A DNA stretch of 20,000 nt from an uncultured virus (IMG/VR IMGVR_UViG_3300021255_000105). Taxonomy: Duplodnaviria > Heunggongvirae > Uroviricota > Caudoviricetes. The notes below the pieces were generated by a model. It ran no database searches and was not told where the DNA came from. It was given only the letters and a program-made list of their open reading frames with translations. This document shows positions 8,329-16,079 of this stretch, one piece after another. The stretch is taken from IMG/VR virus record IMGVR_UViG_3300021255_000105. One strand, written 5' to 3'. Made by a program: the position numbers and the translations under genes. Every line of letters starts with the position of its first letter. Within the stretch, counting starts at the first letter, position 1.

Positions 8329-8793
8329 ATGATTGAACTTTTAATCGAAAGAAAGTGGCTCAAGAAGGCGTACTCCATTGGCGTTTTCTCCGTCAATGGA
8401 GAGCGTCTTTGCGAGTCGCTTGAAGATACCGACCGCGGGTTGGTATCTTCCATGCCAACCGGTGTAATTAACACCGTTAAAGTGTATGGCGAAACCGCTA
8501 TTCCAAAAGGCCGTTATAAGGTTGTGCTTTCCCGCTCGGCCAAATTCGCTGGCCGCGCATGGGGCAAAAAGTACGGTGGGCTCGTTCCCGAAGTCCTGAA
8601 CGTAAAGGGTTTTTCCGGCGTGCGCATACACCCGGGAAATAGACCGGGCGATACCCTCGGATGTCCGCTCGTTGGCCGAAACAAAAAAGTGGGCGAGCTG
8701 GTGGAATCTACCGCGTGCTATTACCGGCTTATGAATGAGTATCTTATGCCCGCCCATAAGGCCGGGGAGGAAATATACTTAACAATCCAATAA
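8329..8793 (+). CDS. Putative endolysin (DUF5675-like)
   Basis: Motifs CESLED, ETAIPKGRY, V.GF.GVRIHPGN...DT.GCPLVG; located between holin and spanin candidates. Confidence 0.75.
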   Translation: MIELLIERKWLKKAYSIGVFSVNGERLCESLEDTDRGLVSSMPTGVINTVKVYGETAIPKGRYKVVLSRSAKFAGRAWGKKYGGLVPEVLNVKGFSGVRIHPGNRPGDTLGCPLVGRNKKVGELVESTACYYRLMNEYLMPAHKAGEEIYLTIQ

Positions 8794-8794
8794 C

Positions 8795-9247
8795 ATGGGA
8801 GCACAATCAAAACGACCCGAGGGCAATCGAAAAATAGCAACGGTATGGCTGGCGTTTCTTGCAACGCTTTGCCTCCTCGCCGGTGCTATTTCCTGTTCCC
8901 CGAAAATCTACGAGCGTGTAATCGTCCAGCGCGATACAACCCAAATCGTCAAGGTTGATTCCGTCCGGTATCTCGAAAAAGATTCCGTATTCGTCCGGGA
9001 AAAGGGCGATACGGTTTATAAGTACGTCGAGCATATAAGATACCGGGATAGAGTCAAGATTGATACCGTCCTGAAAGTCCGCGTCGATTCCGTGGCTTTT
9101 GAGCGCGTTAAAGAAGTTAAGGTAGAGAAACCCTTGTCTTGGTGGCAAAAGTCGAAAATCGGGGCGTTTTGGTGGCTTATCGGGGCTCTTGTGCTTTGCC
9201 TTCTTTGGATATTCCGTAAACCCTTATTAAAACTCATAGCATTATGA
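8795..9247 (+). CDS. Putative spanin-like lipoprotein
   Basis: N-terminal signal with lipobox-like LLAGAISC, beta-rich DT/DS repeats, and a C-terminal TM helix (AFWWLIGALVLCLLWIF); follows the endolysin. Confidence 0.6.
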   Translation: MGAQSKRPEGNRKIATVWLAFLATLCLLAGAISCSPKIYERVIVQRDTTQIVKVDSVRYLEKDSVFVREKGDTVYKYVEHIRYRDRVKIDTVLKVRVDSVAFERVKEVKVEKPLSWWQKSKIGAFWWLIGALVLCLLWIFRKPLLKLIAL

Positions 9248-9528
9248 AAAATTTTATCCGTAAAATCTGGGACGCCATTGTAAATTTCATTAACCGCGTC
9301 CCGAAAGACAAACTCTTGCATTTTATTGCTGGTGTCATTATTGCCGCCTTCTTTGCCATTTCCCTCGGCATGAAATTCTGCTTTTGGCCGGTAATCTTCT
9401 TTGCCTTTGGCAAGGAATTTTTCGACAAGTGGACCACGGGCCAGTGGGATTGGTGGGACCTTGGCGCAACGCTTATCGGCGCTCTCATTCCGCAGGTATT
9501 TGTTTTACTGAATATCTGGTGGTTCTAA
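9244..9528 (+). CDS. Small membrane protein (DKLLHF...KE..D...D..D motif)
   Basis: 94 aa with three hydrophobic segments; overlaps the previous gene; last gene of the + strand operon. Confidence 0.7.
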   Translation: MKNFIRKIWDAIVNFINRVPKDKLLHFIAGVIIAAFFAISLGMKFCFWPVIFFAFGKEFFDKWTTGQWDWWDLGATLIGALIPQVFVLLNIWWF

Positions 9529-9585
9529 TCTGTTGGGACAATCCGCTCCGTTTGCCGGAAAAATGCGAGCGTTGAAATCCAACAG

Positions 9586-9622
9586 AAAAAGCCCCTCCGC
9601 GCTTTGTAGGCACGAAGGGGCT
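9586..9622 (-). terminator. Intrinsic terminator of the - strand operon at the convergence point
   Basis: On the - strand: AGCCCCTTCGTGC...GCGCGGAGGGGCT stem (with G:U pairs) followed by TTTTCTGTT, 7 nt past the stop at 9630. Confidence 0.7.
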
Positions 9623-9629
9623 CGTTCTA

Positions 9630-9863
9630 TCATAACGGCTCAATATAAGCCCAGTGGGTGATTTCGGCCCCGCGTGGTAGGCCGACCCAACCGACGTGGA
9701 AAACGTCATATAGTCCCGGCGGCAGATAGCTCCACCAAAACTCCCCGTCCCAACGACAAATGAGATGCTCGGTAAATGGCAATCCCCTTACCTTACAAAC
9801 AAGCTCAATCGGGCCGTTAAGGGGCTTTGGCGGTTGGAATGAATCAAGATTATGCCATGTCAT
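9630..9863 (-). CDS. Hypothetical phage protein (Trp-rich, DUF551-like ITHW end)
   Basis: 77 aa; begins M.W and ends ITHWAYI; ATGA overlap with the upstream ORF. Confidence 0.65.
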   Translation of the reverse strand: MTWHNLDSFQPPKPLNGPIELVCKVRGLPFTEHLICRWDGEFWWSYLPPGLYDVFHVGWVGLPRGAEITHWAYIEPL

Positions 9864-10030
9864 AGTATCGCAAGGAATAACGGCTCTGGCTTGCGCAAAT
9901 CCGGGGAGTATTTTGGTTTTATTGCCCGGATTTCCTCGTAGTCAAACCCGTTATCAATTTTGATTTCCAGTTCGTCCGCGTCTTTTGGTAGCGAGGCGAG
10001 ATACTTTTTCATCTGCTTTACCGTAATCAT
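9860..10030 (-). CDS. Hypothetical protein, 56 aa (MITVKQMKKYLASLPKDAD...)
   Basis: Translated by hand; ATGA overlaps at both ends fill the gap exactly. Confidence 0.6.
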   Translation of the reverse strand: MITVKQMKKYLASLPKDADELEIKIDNGFDYEEIRAIKPKYSPDLRKPEPLFLAIL

Positions 10031-10443
10031 ACCCGTTTCGCCATGAAACTGTAAGTATAAATCTTCTTCCCTTCCGGCGTGGTGTCGCCTACCGGACTCC
10101 CGAACTCGCGTATCAGCGAGTCTGCAATCGTGGCCGCAAGGTGCTTTCTTATGCCGTTTTCCATGAGCTTTTCGGTTGAGTAGCGGTACTCGTCCGACTC
10201 GGTTACAACGTAACTGGCTTTGATTAGCCGCGCATCTTGACTATTAAGATTTTGCGCCTTTATTTCTTCAAGCGCATTTTCCACGGCCCCCTCGCGGAGG
10301 TTAAGTTCGATTTCCCTCCGGTCAAGCTCGTGGCGGTAGTTGTCAAGTCCCGCCTTCGTGCTTCGATTCTCGGAGGCCAAAATAAGATTATAGACGGCCA
10401 GCGCAACAACCATGACCGCAATAAGAATTATTGTAATTTTCAT
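10027..10443 (-). CDS. Hypothetical protein with N-terminal TM helix and coiled coil
   Basis: 138 aa with a hydrophobic N-terminus; tightly packed in the operon. Confidence 0.7.
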   Translation of the reverse strand: MKITIILIAVMVVALAVYNLILASENRSTKAGLDNYRHELDRREIELNLREGAVENALEEIKAQNLNSQDARLIKASYVVTESDEYRYSTEKLMENGIRKHLAATIADSLIREFGSPVGDTTPEGKKIYTYSFMAKRV

Positions 10444-10444
10444 A

Positions 10445-11080
10445 TCAGTTCTCTTTTACCCATTCGTGAATTTTTCGCGCAATAACCGTGAAAAGATTAT
10501 CGTGCTTCAAGCTTGAAATAGTAATTTCGCCCTTTCCGGGGAGTCCGCGAAGATACCCCATAGCCATAGCGAACGAAAGCTCCCGGAGGCGGGATAGTAT
10601 CGGATTTTCCTCTGGCTCCAGAATATCCCCGAAAGGCGCTCGTTTGACGTGATAATTTACGTTTTTCCATGCGGCGTTTGCGAACTGCGCAAAGATATGA
10701 GCCAGCATAAACCAGCTTACGTTTTTTCGCTCCTCGAACCCAATCCCGTCAAACATTTGTAGTACCCCGCTTTGAAGCATTATTATCTCGTTTGAGATAT
10801 ACTCGTAAAGCGAGTCCATAAGGTCGGTTACTTCGTCTTGATTCTTTGCTGGGATAAACGAAAAGAAAGGCCGGTTAAAGAGCGTATATTGCTTATGCCA
10901 AATCGCCGATTTCTGTTTTTGCTCATGCTTTAACGGCCCCGTCGCCTTTTCGCCTTTCATCTGGCACTGATAGGCTATATCGGCCAAAAGGAACGGCAGG
11001 ATAGGCGCGAGCGAATCGCCCTTTACTTGCGTTCTGGCCGCACCTTTCAGGCCGAGTTCGACAAGCTCTTTCTTTGTCAT
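10445..11080 (-). CDS. Hypothetical phage protein
   Basis: 211-aa ORF packed in the operon; no motif recognised. Confidence 0.7.
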   Translation of the reverse strand: MTKKELVELGLKGAARTQVKGDSLAPILPFLLADIAYQCQMKGEKATGPLKHEQKQKSAIWHKQYTLFNRPFFSFIPAKNQDEVTDLMDSLYEYISNEIIMLQSGVLQMFDGIGFEERKNVSWFMLAHIFAQFANAAWKNVNYHVKRAPFGDILEPEENPILSRLRELSFAMAMGYLRGLPGKGEITISSLKHDNLFTVIARKIHEWVKEN

Positions 11081-11217
11081 AGCGATTCTATTTTATCAAT
11101 AATTGCATCTATTTTCTTCTCTATTTTAGAGAAATAGTGCTCCGCAATTCTCCAAATACCCAAAATTGCAAATAGAAACCACGCAATAGCAAAACATAAT
11201 GATTCAAATGTGTTCAT
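11077..11217 (-). CDS. Small membrane protein, 46 aa (MNTFESLCFAIAWFLFAILGIW...)
   Basis: Translated by hand; one TM helix; ATGA overlap with the next gene. Confidence 0.5.
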   Translation of the reverse strand: MNTFESLCFAIAWFLFAILGIWRIAEHYFSKIEKKIDAIIDKIESL

Positions 11218-11719
11218 ATTCTATTCCTCTTTTTTTAAGAACCTTGCCGAGTTCAACCATATCCCGGCGAACATCATCCATTGTGCCGCCATTCCACGAT
11301 TCATATACATACCGAGCCACTTTCTCTAATTCGGACTCCGGCTGCTCCCGAGGTAACACCCTACCACGAATGTTCACTCCCAGCCCCGCTATCCACTCTA
11401 CTCCGGCTTTGAAGGCATCTTCGATTGCATCTTGCAAATCCTCATTGTTTGCCAAAATGTTCTCCGAGTATTTCTCTGCCGCCTCGTCAAGGTTGGAGGG
11501 GAAGGAAGGCATCATCCCCACTATATCGTTTTCTATATCCGGTCCGTTTAGGCATTTGCCATTTTCCCGATTAACCCTTATTTGCCCCCAATCTTTCACA
11601 TAGAAATCGGCAAACTGATATTCTGAGTTCTCGGTAAGTCGGAGAAACAAAGCCTCCTGTCCGCCCCTCGTGACGAATCTATCTCCGAATTTTGCTTTTT
11701 CAAATAATTCTTGTGTCAT
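11204..11719 (-). CDS. Hypothetical phage protein
   Basis: The start is probably the second Met (MTQELFEK), directly after the upstream stop. Contains LDEAAEKY...DAFKAGVEW, typical of phage accessory ORFs. Confidence 0.65.
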   Translation of the reverse strand: MTQELFEKAKFGDRFVTRGGQEALFLRLTENSEYQFADFYVKDWGQIRVNRENGKCLNGPDIENDIVGMMPSFPSNLDEAAEKYSENILANNEDLQDAIEDAFKAGVEWIAGLGVNIRGRVLPREQPESELEKVARYVYESWNGGTMDDVRRDMVELGKVLKKRGIEYEHI

Positions 11720-11720
11720 A

Positions 11721-11939
11721 TTACATTGAGTTAAGTTTGTCAATTAGTTGCTTGTAGCAAACCTTTCTTATCGCACTTGCGTTTTCGTTGAGATAGGCTT
11801 CTTTCGCCCACTCCAGCAGCGCTTCCTTGCGGATATATTCGTGTTGGGCATTGGCCGTGGTCTTTTGGGCTTTTCTAACGCTCCACATTTGGCTTATTCC
11901 TTCGCCAAACTCTTTTACATAAATCTTATCTGGTGCCAT
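11721..11939 (-). CDS. Hypothetical phage protein (APDKIY...EYIRK)
   Basis: 72-aa ORF packed in the operon. Confidence 0.65.
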   Translation of the reverse strand: MAPDKIYVKEFGEGISQMWSVRKAQKTTANAQHEYIRKEALLEWAKEAYLNENASAIRKVCYKQLIDKLNSM

Positions 11940-11960
11940 AGTTATTCTTCTTTTCTTGCG

Positions 11961-12362
11961 TTAATGCCTATAACTACTCCCGCAGCCAAATTCATTTACT
12001 CTTGGAAAAGTTTTAGACGGAGATTCGGCAACACTAACACTTTCCTCCTTTCTTGCGTTAAACCTTTCAGGGTAACCGATTCTTTCAAGTAGTAGCCACT
12101 CGCCTTCATCTAACCGCATATCTTCTTCGTGGTCTTTTACTGCTATAAGATGCCGTGCAATTCCTCCAAGTTTCTCCAAATCCACCTCCGGCTGCTCCTG
12201 CTGCAGAGAGGTGACAAAAGAAGAAATTTCATCGTGAGCAACCTCCTTCCCACGATAATATTCCGCCACTTCCTCGTTTCTTTCATCGGCCGCAATATCG
12301 GCACATATTTCCCTTCGCCTTTGTATTTCGGCAAGCAATTTTTCTGCGTCAATGTATTTCAT
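11961..12362 (-). CDS. Hypothetical phage protein (MKYIDAEKL type)
   Basis: 133 aa; 4-nt overlap with the upstream ORF. Confidence 0.65.
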   Translation of the reverse strand: MKYIDAEKLLAEIQRRREICADIAADERNEEVAEYYRGKEVAHDEISSFVTSLQQEQPEVDLEKLGGIARHLIAVKDHEEDMRLDEGEWLLLERIGYPERFNARKEESVSVAESPSKTFPRVNEFGCGSSYRH

Positions 12363-12664
12363 ATCTCAAATAGTTTCGGCTCGTTCTTGTGTTTCTCGTA
12401 TCTCTTTGTCGGCCTTTGCTCTTGCCTGAAGGGGCAATCGGCATGTCTGCAAATGTCAATGGTGCGTTGGCTGATTGGCTGCTTGTCTGTTACCATGCGC
12501 GTAAAAATGTCCCTTTGGATAGCGCATTTTAGCGGAGTCCAATCTGGAAAGTCCGGGTCGCTGCCTTTCTTGATATGGGAGGACTTCCAGCACCTATCAC
12601 AGTTTCTACTCTCCCACCAATCGTATTCACTCCCGCTACTGAACGGGTCGCGATTAACTTTCTT
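12359..12664 (-). CDS. Cys-rich hypothetical protein (C-terminal part of track ORF 12359-12778; the likely true start is the ATG at 12673, MAPKKVNRD)
   Basis: CDRC...C...C...C pattern. The upstream part of the track ORF overlaps the MazG-like gene, so a start immediately after the MazG stop is more plausible. Start coordinate uncertain. Confidence 0.55.
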   Translation of the reverse strand, partial: KKVNRDPFSSGSEYDWWESRNCDRCWKSSHIKKGSDPDFPDWTPLKCAIQRDIFTRMVTDKQPISQRTIDICRHADCPFRQEQRPTKRYEKHKNEPKLFEI

Positions 12665-12674
12665 TGGTGCCATA

Positions 12675-13259
12675 CTAATACGCTTTCCCTCCGTGGTGAT
12701 ACGACCTGCCTTTATTGTAGCGCATCTTTTGTTCGATATGCCATTCGAGGTCAAAGTCGAGCAAATTGGCCCACTCATAGAGATATAAAATCGACGAAGC
12801 TATATTCATACTGCCCGTGCCGAGAACCTCCTCAATAAACAAGTCGGCGTTGTCGGCAAAACAAAAACGGCTTAACGGGCGCACAATATACACGTTCCCC
12901 CAATCAATTTCATTGCCGTATTTCGCATAAGCAAAATCGAGTAGCCTAATTACAATATCGGCCATTTCCGCCTCTCTGCTGGGCTTGATTTTATCGTAGT
13001 AATATTTTCGGACCAGCGCATCAAGTCCCTCGCTGGACATTTTCTGTCGCCCGTATATTTCAAGGGTCTTTTTGTATTCCTCCGTATTGCCATAGAGTCC
13101 CCTCCTATCAGCCTCTACGGCCTCGGCCACTTCGGTAATTACCAACATGCGATAGGTGCGGTCGGTGTTTTCTTTCTCATGCCAACCTTTTTCAACGGCG
13201 GTCGCATGTACGGCGCTTGCTAATTCTGCAAGCCGGGACGGAATAAACTGGTTTTTCAT
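12675..13259 (-). CDS. MazG-like nucleotide pyrophosphohydrolase
   Basis: Motifs KGW, LVITEVAEAVEADR, EMADIVIRLLD, KMRYN.GR.Y.HG (ExxE...ExxD metal-binding pattern). Confidence 0.8.
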   Translation of the reverse strand: MKNQFIPSRLAELASAVHATAVEKGWHEKENTDRTYRMLVITEVAEAVEADRRGLYGNTEEYKKTLEIYGRQKMSSEGLDALVRKYYYDKIKPSREAEMADIVIRLLDFAYAKYGNEIDWGNVYIVRPLSRFCFADNADLFIEEVLGTGSMNIASSILYLYEWANLLDFDLEWHIEQKMRYNKGRSYHHGGKAY

Positions 13260-13264
13260 TTTAA

Positions 13265-13296
13265 TTTGGAATTATTAAAAATTAGATATATCTTTG
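13265..13296 (+). promoter_or_regulatory. Bacteroidota primary-sigma promoter driving the tRNA pair
   Basis: TTTG (13265-13268), a 20-nt spacer, then TATCTTTG (13289-13296): an exact fit to the -33 TTTG / -7 TAnnTTTG consensus, 70 nt upstream of tRNA-Lys. Confidence 0.8.
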
Positions 13297-13365
13297 CACC
13301 CGTTATGAGAAAAACGAAATCCATAAAACGATAGGATTTCGGCCTTGCACAAGGTCGGAGCATCT

Positions 13366-13439
13366 GGCCTTGTAGCTCTAACTGGCAGAGCAGTGCACTT
13401 TTAATGCACGGGTTGCGGGTTCAAATCCCGCCGGGGCCA
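13366..13439 (+). tRNA. tRNA-Lys (anticodon TTT)
   Basis: Cloverleaf: acceptor GGCCTTG/CGGGGCC, D stem GCTC/GAGC, anticodon arm GTGCA-CT TTT AA-TGCAC, T arm GCGGG-TTCAAAT-CCCGC. No encoded CCA. Confidence 0.93.
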
Positions 13440-13445
13440 CAACAT

Positions 13446-13517
<72 letters not shown>

Positions 13518-13519
13518 CT

Positions 13520-13558
13520 AATCGGCTGGATTGGCTTGCAACGCCATTCTGGCCGATT
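13520..13558. terminator. Hairpin after the tRNA pair (possible terminator or processing site)
   Basis: Imperfect inverted repeat AATCGGC..TGGC / GCCA..GCCGATT; no clear U-tract. Confidence 0.4.
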
Positions 13559-13566
13559 GTCATTAA

Positions 13567-13734
13567 TTATAGGCGGTCTAAAACTTTACAAACGGCGGAG
13601 TAGACGCGCTGGCAAAGCGCTTTTTCGCCCGGCTCCAGCTCATTTCCACCATACATTCTTGCGTCTAATATCCTCCTTGCCTCTTTCATAAGGTCTTGCA
13701 CCTTGTAGAGGGTGTTAATTGTTTCTGGTGACAT
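13567..13734 (-). CDS. Hypothetical protein, 55 aa (MSPETINTLYKVQDLMKEARR...)
   Basis: Translated by hand; the start overlaps the GNAT stop (TAATG). Confidence 0.55.
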   Translation of the reverse strand: MSPETINTLYKVQDLMKEARRILDARMYGGNELEPGEKALCQRVYSAVCKVLDRL

Positions 13735-14072
13735 TATTTCGTGAGTATTTTATACATTTGCATATATCCGTCTTGCTCCTTGATTGTGGAATAGCCGCAT
13801 TTCTTGTAGAAATCTATCACCCAATCAGTCATAACGGAGTTGAGGTCTATTCGGAAGATTCCATGCTCCCGGCAATAACTCTCGCTGGCAAGCATGAGCT
13901 GTTTTGCGAGCCCTTTCCTGCGTAATGGATTGATTACAGAAAGGCCGGAGATAAAGCAAACACCCGGGTTGTTATCCTCAAAGGATAAATCCACGCAGGC
14001 TCCGCCATTGGCCGTAATAATTGTAATCGTCTTACCCCACGGCCAAGAGTTATGATGCCAAATAACTTTCAT
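13734..14072 (-). CDS. GNAT-family acetyltransferase
   Basis: Acetyl-CoA motif LSV.P..RRKGLAKQLM and C-terminal FYKKCGY. Confidence 0.85.
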   Translation of the reverse strand: MKVIWHHNSWPWGKTITIITANGGACVDLSFEDNNPGVCFISGLSVINPLRRKGLAKQLMLASESYCREHGIFRIDLNSVMTDWVIDFYKKCGYSTIKEQDGYMQMYKILTK

Positions 14073-14114
14073 TACTCATAGTTTATTTTGTATGAAGCTC
14101 CTTCTTAACCTCTC

Positions 14115-14384
14115 TCAAAAGCGGATATACGCAAGCCGCCTAAACAAACGCCACGATTTCCAATGCTCGCGCACGCCGCTTTTATGAGCGAATCCGTTTT
14201 GCCATATCTTGATATATTCCAAATTCCGGCGTTTACTGCCGAAAATTGCAAATTTCAAGTTTACAATGGCGTACCAAAAATTCTTGATAACCTTTTCATA
14301 GAACCATGCAGCAAAAAGGAAGGACACGACGATACATATTGCTGCCCAAACGATTTGGCCGGTTATAGAAAATATTTGTTCCAT
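14115..14384 (-). CDS. Hypothetical membrane protein
   Basis: 89 aa with an N-terminal TM helix and a basic tail. Confidence 0.6.
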   Translation of the reverse strand: MEQIFSITGQIVWAAICIVVSFLFAAWFYEKVIKNFWYAIVNLKFAIFGSKRRNLEYIKIWQNGFAHKSGVREHWKSWRLFRRLAYIRF

Positions 14385-14385
14385 G

Positions 14386-14703
14386 CTATTTCTTGCGAAT
14401 ACTGGATAGAATCGCGTCCTTAACCATTTCCTCTATATCTATGGAGTTTTTCGCATATAAGTCCCATACGACACTACGCGCCGCAGACTTAATTGCGTTC
14501 TCAACGGCCTCTTGCAGGGTGTTTTTAATAACCTTCTTTACCTCCTCCTGAAATGTTTTGTTACACATTAGGGCCGTTTTTACTTCGTTTAAAGCCTCGG
14601 AGGTTACTCTGCTGTATTCCTGCGTTATTTCTTGTGCCGCGGCCATGTAAGTCTGGCTCGGGATAGTCATTCTGACCTCAATATTAGTTGTTGGAACGTC
14701 CAT
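14386..14703 (-). CDS. Hypothetical helical phage protein
   Basis: 105-aa ORF packed in the operon. Confidence 0.65.
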   Translation of the reverse strand: MDVPTTNIEVRMTIPSQTYMAAAQEITQEYSRVTSEALNEVKTALMCNKTFQEEVKKVIKNTLQEAVENAIKSAARSVVWDLYAKNSIDIEEMVKDAILSSIRKK

Positions 14704-14705
14704 AA

Positions 14706-14951
14706 TTATTCTGCTGGTTTCGCGTGTTCATATAGATAACGAAAATAAATCTCCCTTTGCTTCTTGGTCGCAAACGAAAACTTCTTTGTACTAATATCAC
14801 CGGTTATGATGCGCCCTGAACCTTGGTGAAAAGAGTTCATTATCGCACACCGCCTCCCCTTACTTGTAACTATCATTGATAGGGCTTGGTACTCCGGAAG
14901 ATAGATAATTTCCCCTAATCGAAGCCTCTTTTTCAACTTTCTTAATTTCAT
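14706..14951 (-). CDS. Hypothetical basic protein
   Basis: 81 aa; ATGA overlap with the upstream gene. Confidence 0.6.
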   Translation of the reverse strand: MKLRKLKKRLRLGEIIYLPEYQALSMIVTSKGRRCAIMNSFHQGSGRIITGDISTKKFSFATKKQREIYFRYLYEHAKPAE

Positions 14952-15307
14952 AGCTCTTGAACCTTAATGATACACTCATAGACTCCGAGGAAGGGAATAC
15001 CCACGCCACGCGTGGTAAAAAGGTAGGTGGAGTCCTTTTTGATACCAGCGCATTCCGGGGCCGCGTTGAATCCGGCGGTGCGAATGTGATACGCTCCCCT
15101 ATCCGTCGATACAATGTAGTAAATACGGGTACTGAAGCCCTCGCTATCGCCCTCGGTGCTCTCAACTTTATCTATGGAAAGGACGGTGTGGCGCTGTGTC
15201 TTTTCGTTAATGAAGTTCGCTAAAACTCCAAACGAAACCATAACGAGCGCAATTAAAAGCGCAAAGACCTTTGCGAAAGCCTCTGCGTCTGATTTCTTGT
15301 TTCTCAT
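14948..15307 (-). CDS. Membrane-anchored phage protein (119 aa, MRNKKSDAEAF...)
   Basis: ATG at 15307 follows an A-rich leader; the longer track ORF runs through the VR2 hairpin. N-terminal TM helix, then a beta-rich domain ending RG..IPFLG.Y..II. Confidence 0.7.
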   Translation of the reverse strand: MRNKKSDAEAFAKVFALLIALVMVSFGVLANFINEKTQRHTVLSIDKVESTEGDSEGFSTRIYYIVSTDRGAYHIRTAGFNAAPECAGIKKDSTYLFTTRGVGIPFLGVYECIIKVQEL

Positions 15308-15380
15308 GTTTCTTTTCCTTACGCGCGGGCCGCGGCCCGGCCTTCCGAAGCCGGGCCTACCCACGAAGATTATTATAATT
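15308..15380 (-). promoter_or_regulatory. IMH plus GC-rich hairpin downstream of VR2
   Basis: AATTATAATAAT identical to the VR1 flank, an 8-bp stem GGCCCGGC/GCCGGGCC (15334-15357), then GCGGCCCGCGCGTAAGGAAAAGAAAC, homologous to 5277-5303. Confidence 0.8.
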
Positions 15381-15894
15381 CTCGGCAAGGGCGCACCGAA
15401 AAGCCGTAGCTACGGTAGTCGCTGAACAGCGGGTACACGCTGCCACTGCCGAAGTACAGGCTACGGGCGCCGGTCTGCGAGGTTTTGCTTTCGCAGCGAG
15501 TCCAGTAATAACCATAGCTACCTTTTCCGCCGCAATCGTTTCCGTCGGCAGGAAGGAAGATAGAATTGCCGTTAGGGCCGATAACCTTGTAGCCCCTACC
15601 GGTCCACTCCCACTCGCAGTTTTCGTAAAGCTCCGCCATAGCGGTTGCGCTGGGAAGATACTCGCCAAAAGTTTCTTTCGCCTTGTCGAAGGTGTAGAAC
15701 CCAGACACGTTTCTATCATACCAAAGATTGCCGGAGGGAAGCCCCAAATCAATCCAACTGGATTCATCGTCAGGGGTCCACTTTTTTGTAATGTCAAAAA
15801 GCTTTGCAACAGCCTCGCGGACTTTGTTGTTTTCGCCCTCGTTGTTCACGATTGCTTGCGCCCTTTCAATAAGGGTGTTCAAATCTTTAATCAT
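15373..15894 (-). CDS. DGR target protein 2 (remote); small C-type-lectin-like protein of the DLGLPSG...GPNGNSIFLPA type
   Basis: Motifs IDLGLPSGNLW, LPS...EL, GYKVIGPNGNSIFLPA.G and G.YW. The C-terminus SQTGARSLYFGSGSVYPLFSDYRSYGFSVRPCREL is VR2. Confidence 0.92.
   Translation of the reverse strand: MIKDLNTLIERAQAIVNNEGENNKVREAVAKLFDITKKWTPDDESSWIDLGLPSGNLWYDRNVSGFYTFDKAKETFGEYLPSATAMAELYENCEWEWTGRGYKVIGPNGNSIFLPADGNDCGGKGSYGYYWTRCESKTSQTGARSLYFGSGSVYPLFSDYRSYGFSVRPCREL
15381..15483 (-). repeat. DGR variable repeat VR2
   Basis: The reverse complement is a 103-bp ungapped match to TR 6159-6261 with 16 mismatches, all at TR adenines. Confidence 0.95.
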
Positions 15895-15899
15895 AGTGC

Positions 15900-16079
15900 T
15901 TATTGTTTTAAGAGTTCGTTAAGATTCAGCGACGCATTACTTATCATGTGGATAATATTTGCGCCGAGGATTGCCTCGGCCACCGTTGCATCAGTAAAGG
16001 TTATCCGGCCAATCATGCGACCGGCCTTATTGAGTTTCCTTCGGGCTATTTTGAGCCGGATTTTATCTATCGTATTCAT
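15900..16079 (-). CDS. Hypothetical protein, 59 aa (MNTIDKIRLKIARRKL...)
   Basis: Translated by hand; ends 5 nt before the start of target 2. Confidence 0.55.
   Translation of the reverse strand: MNTIDKIRLKIARRKLNKAGRMIGRITFTDATVAEAILGANIIHMISNASLNLNELLKQ

Noticed and set aside
15357..15809. Alternative-frame ORFs ending ATVATAFRCALAENYNN here and at 4891-5313
   Set aside because: These are shifted-frame readings of VR1/VR2 and their shared flank; the similarity is explained by the DNA repeat.
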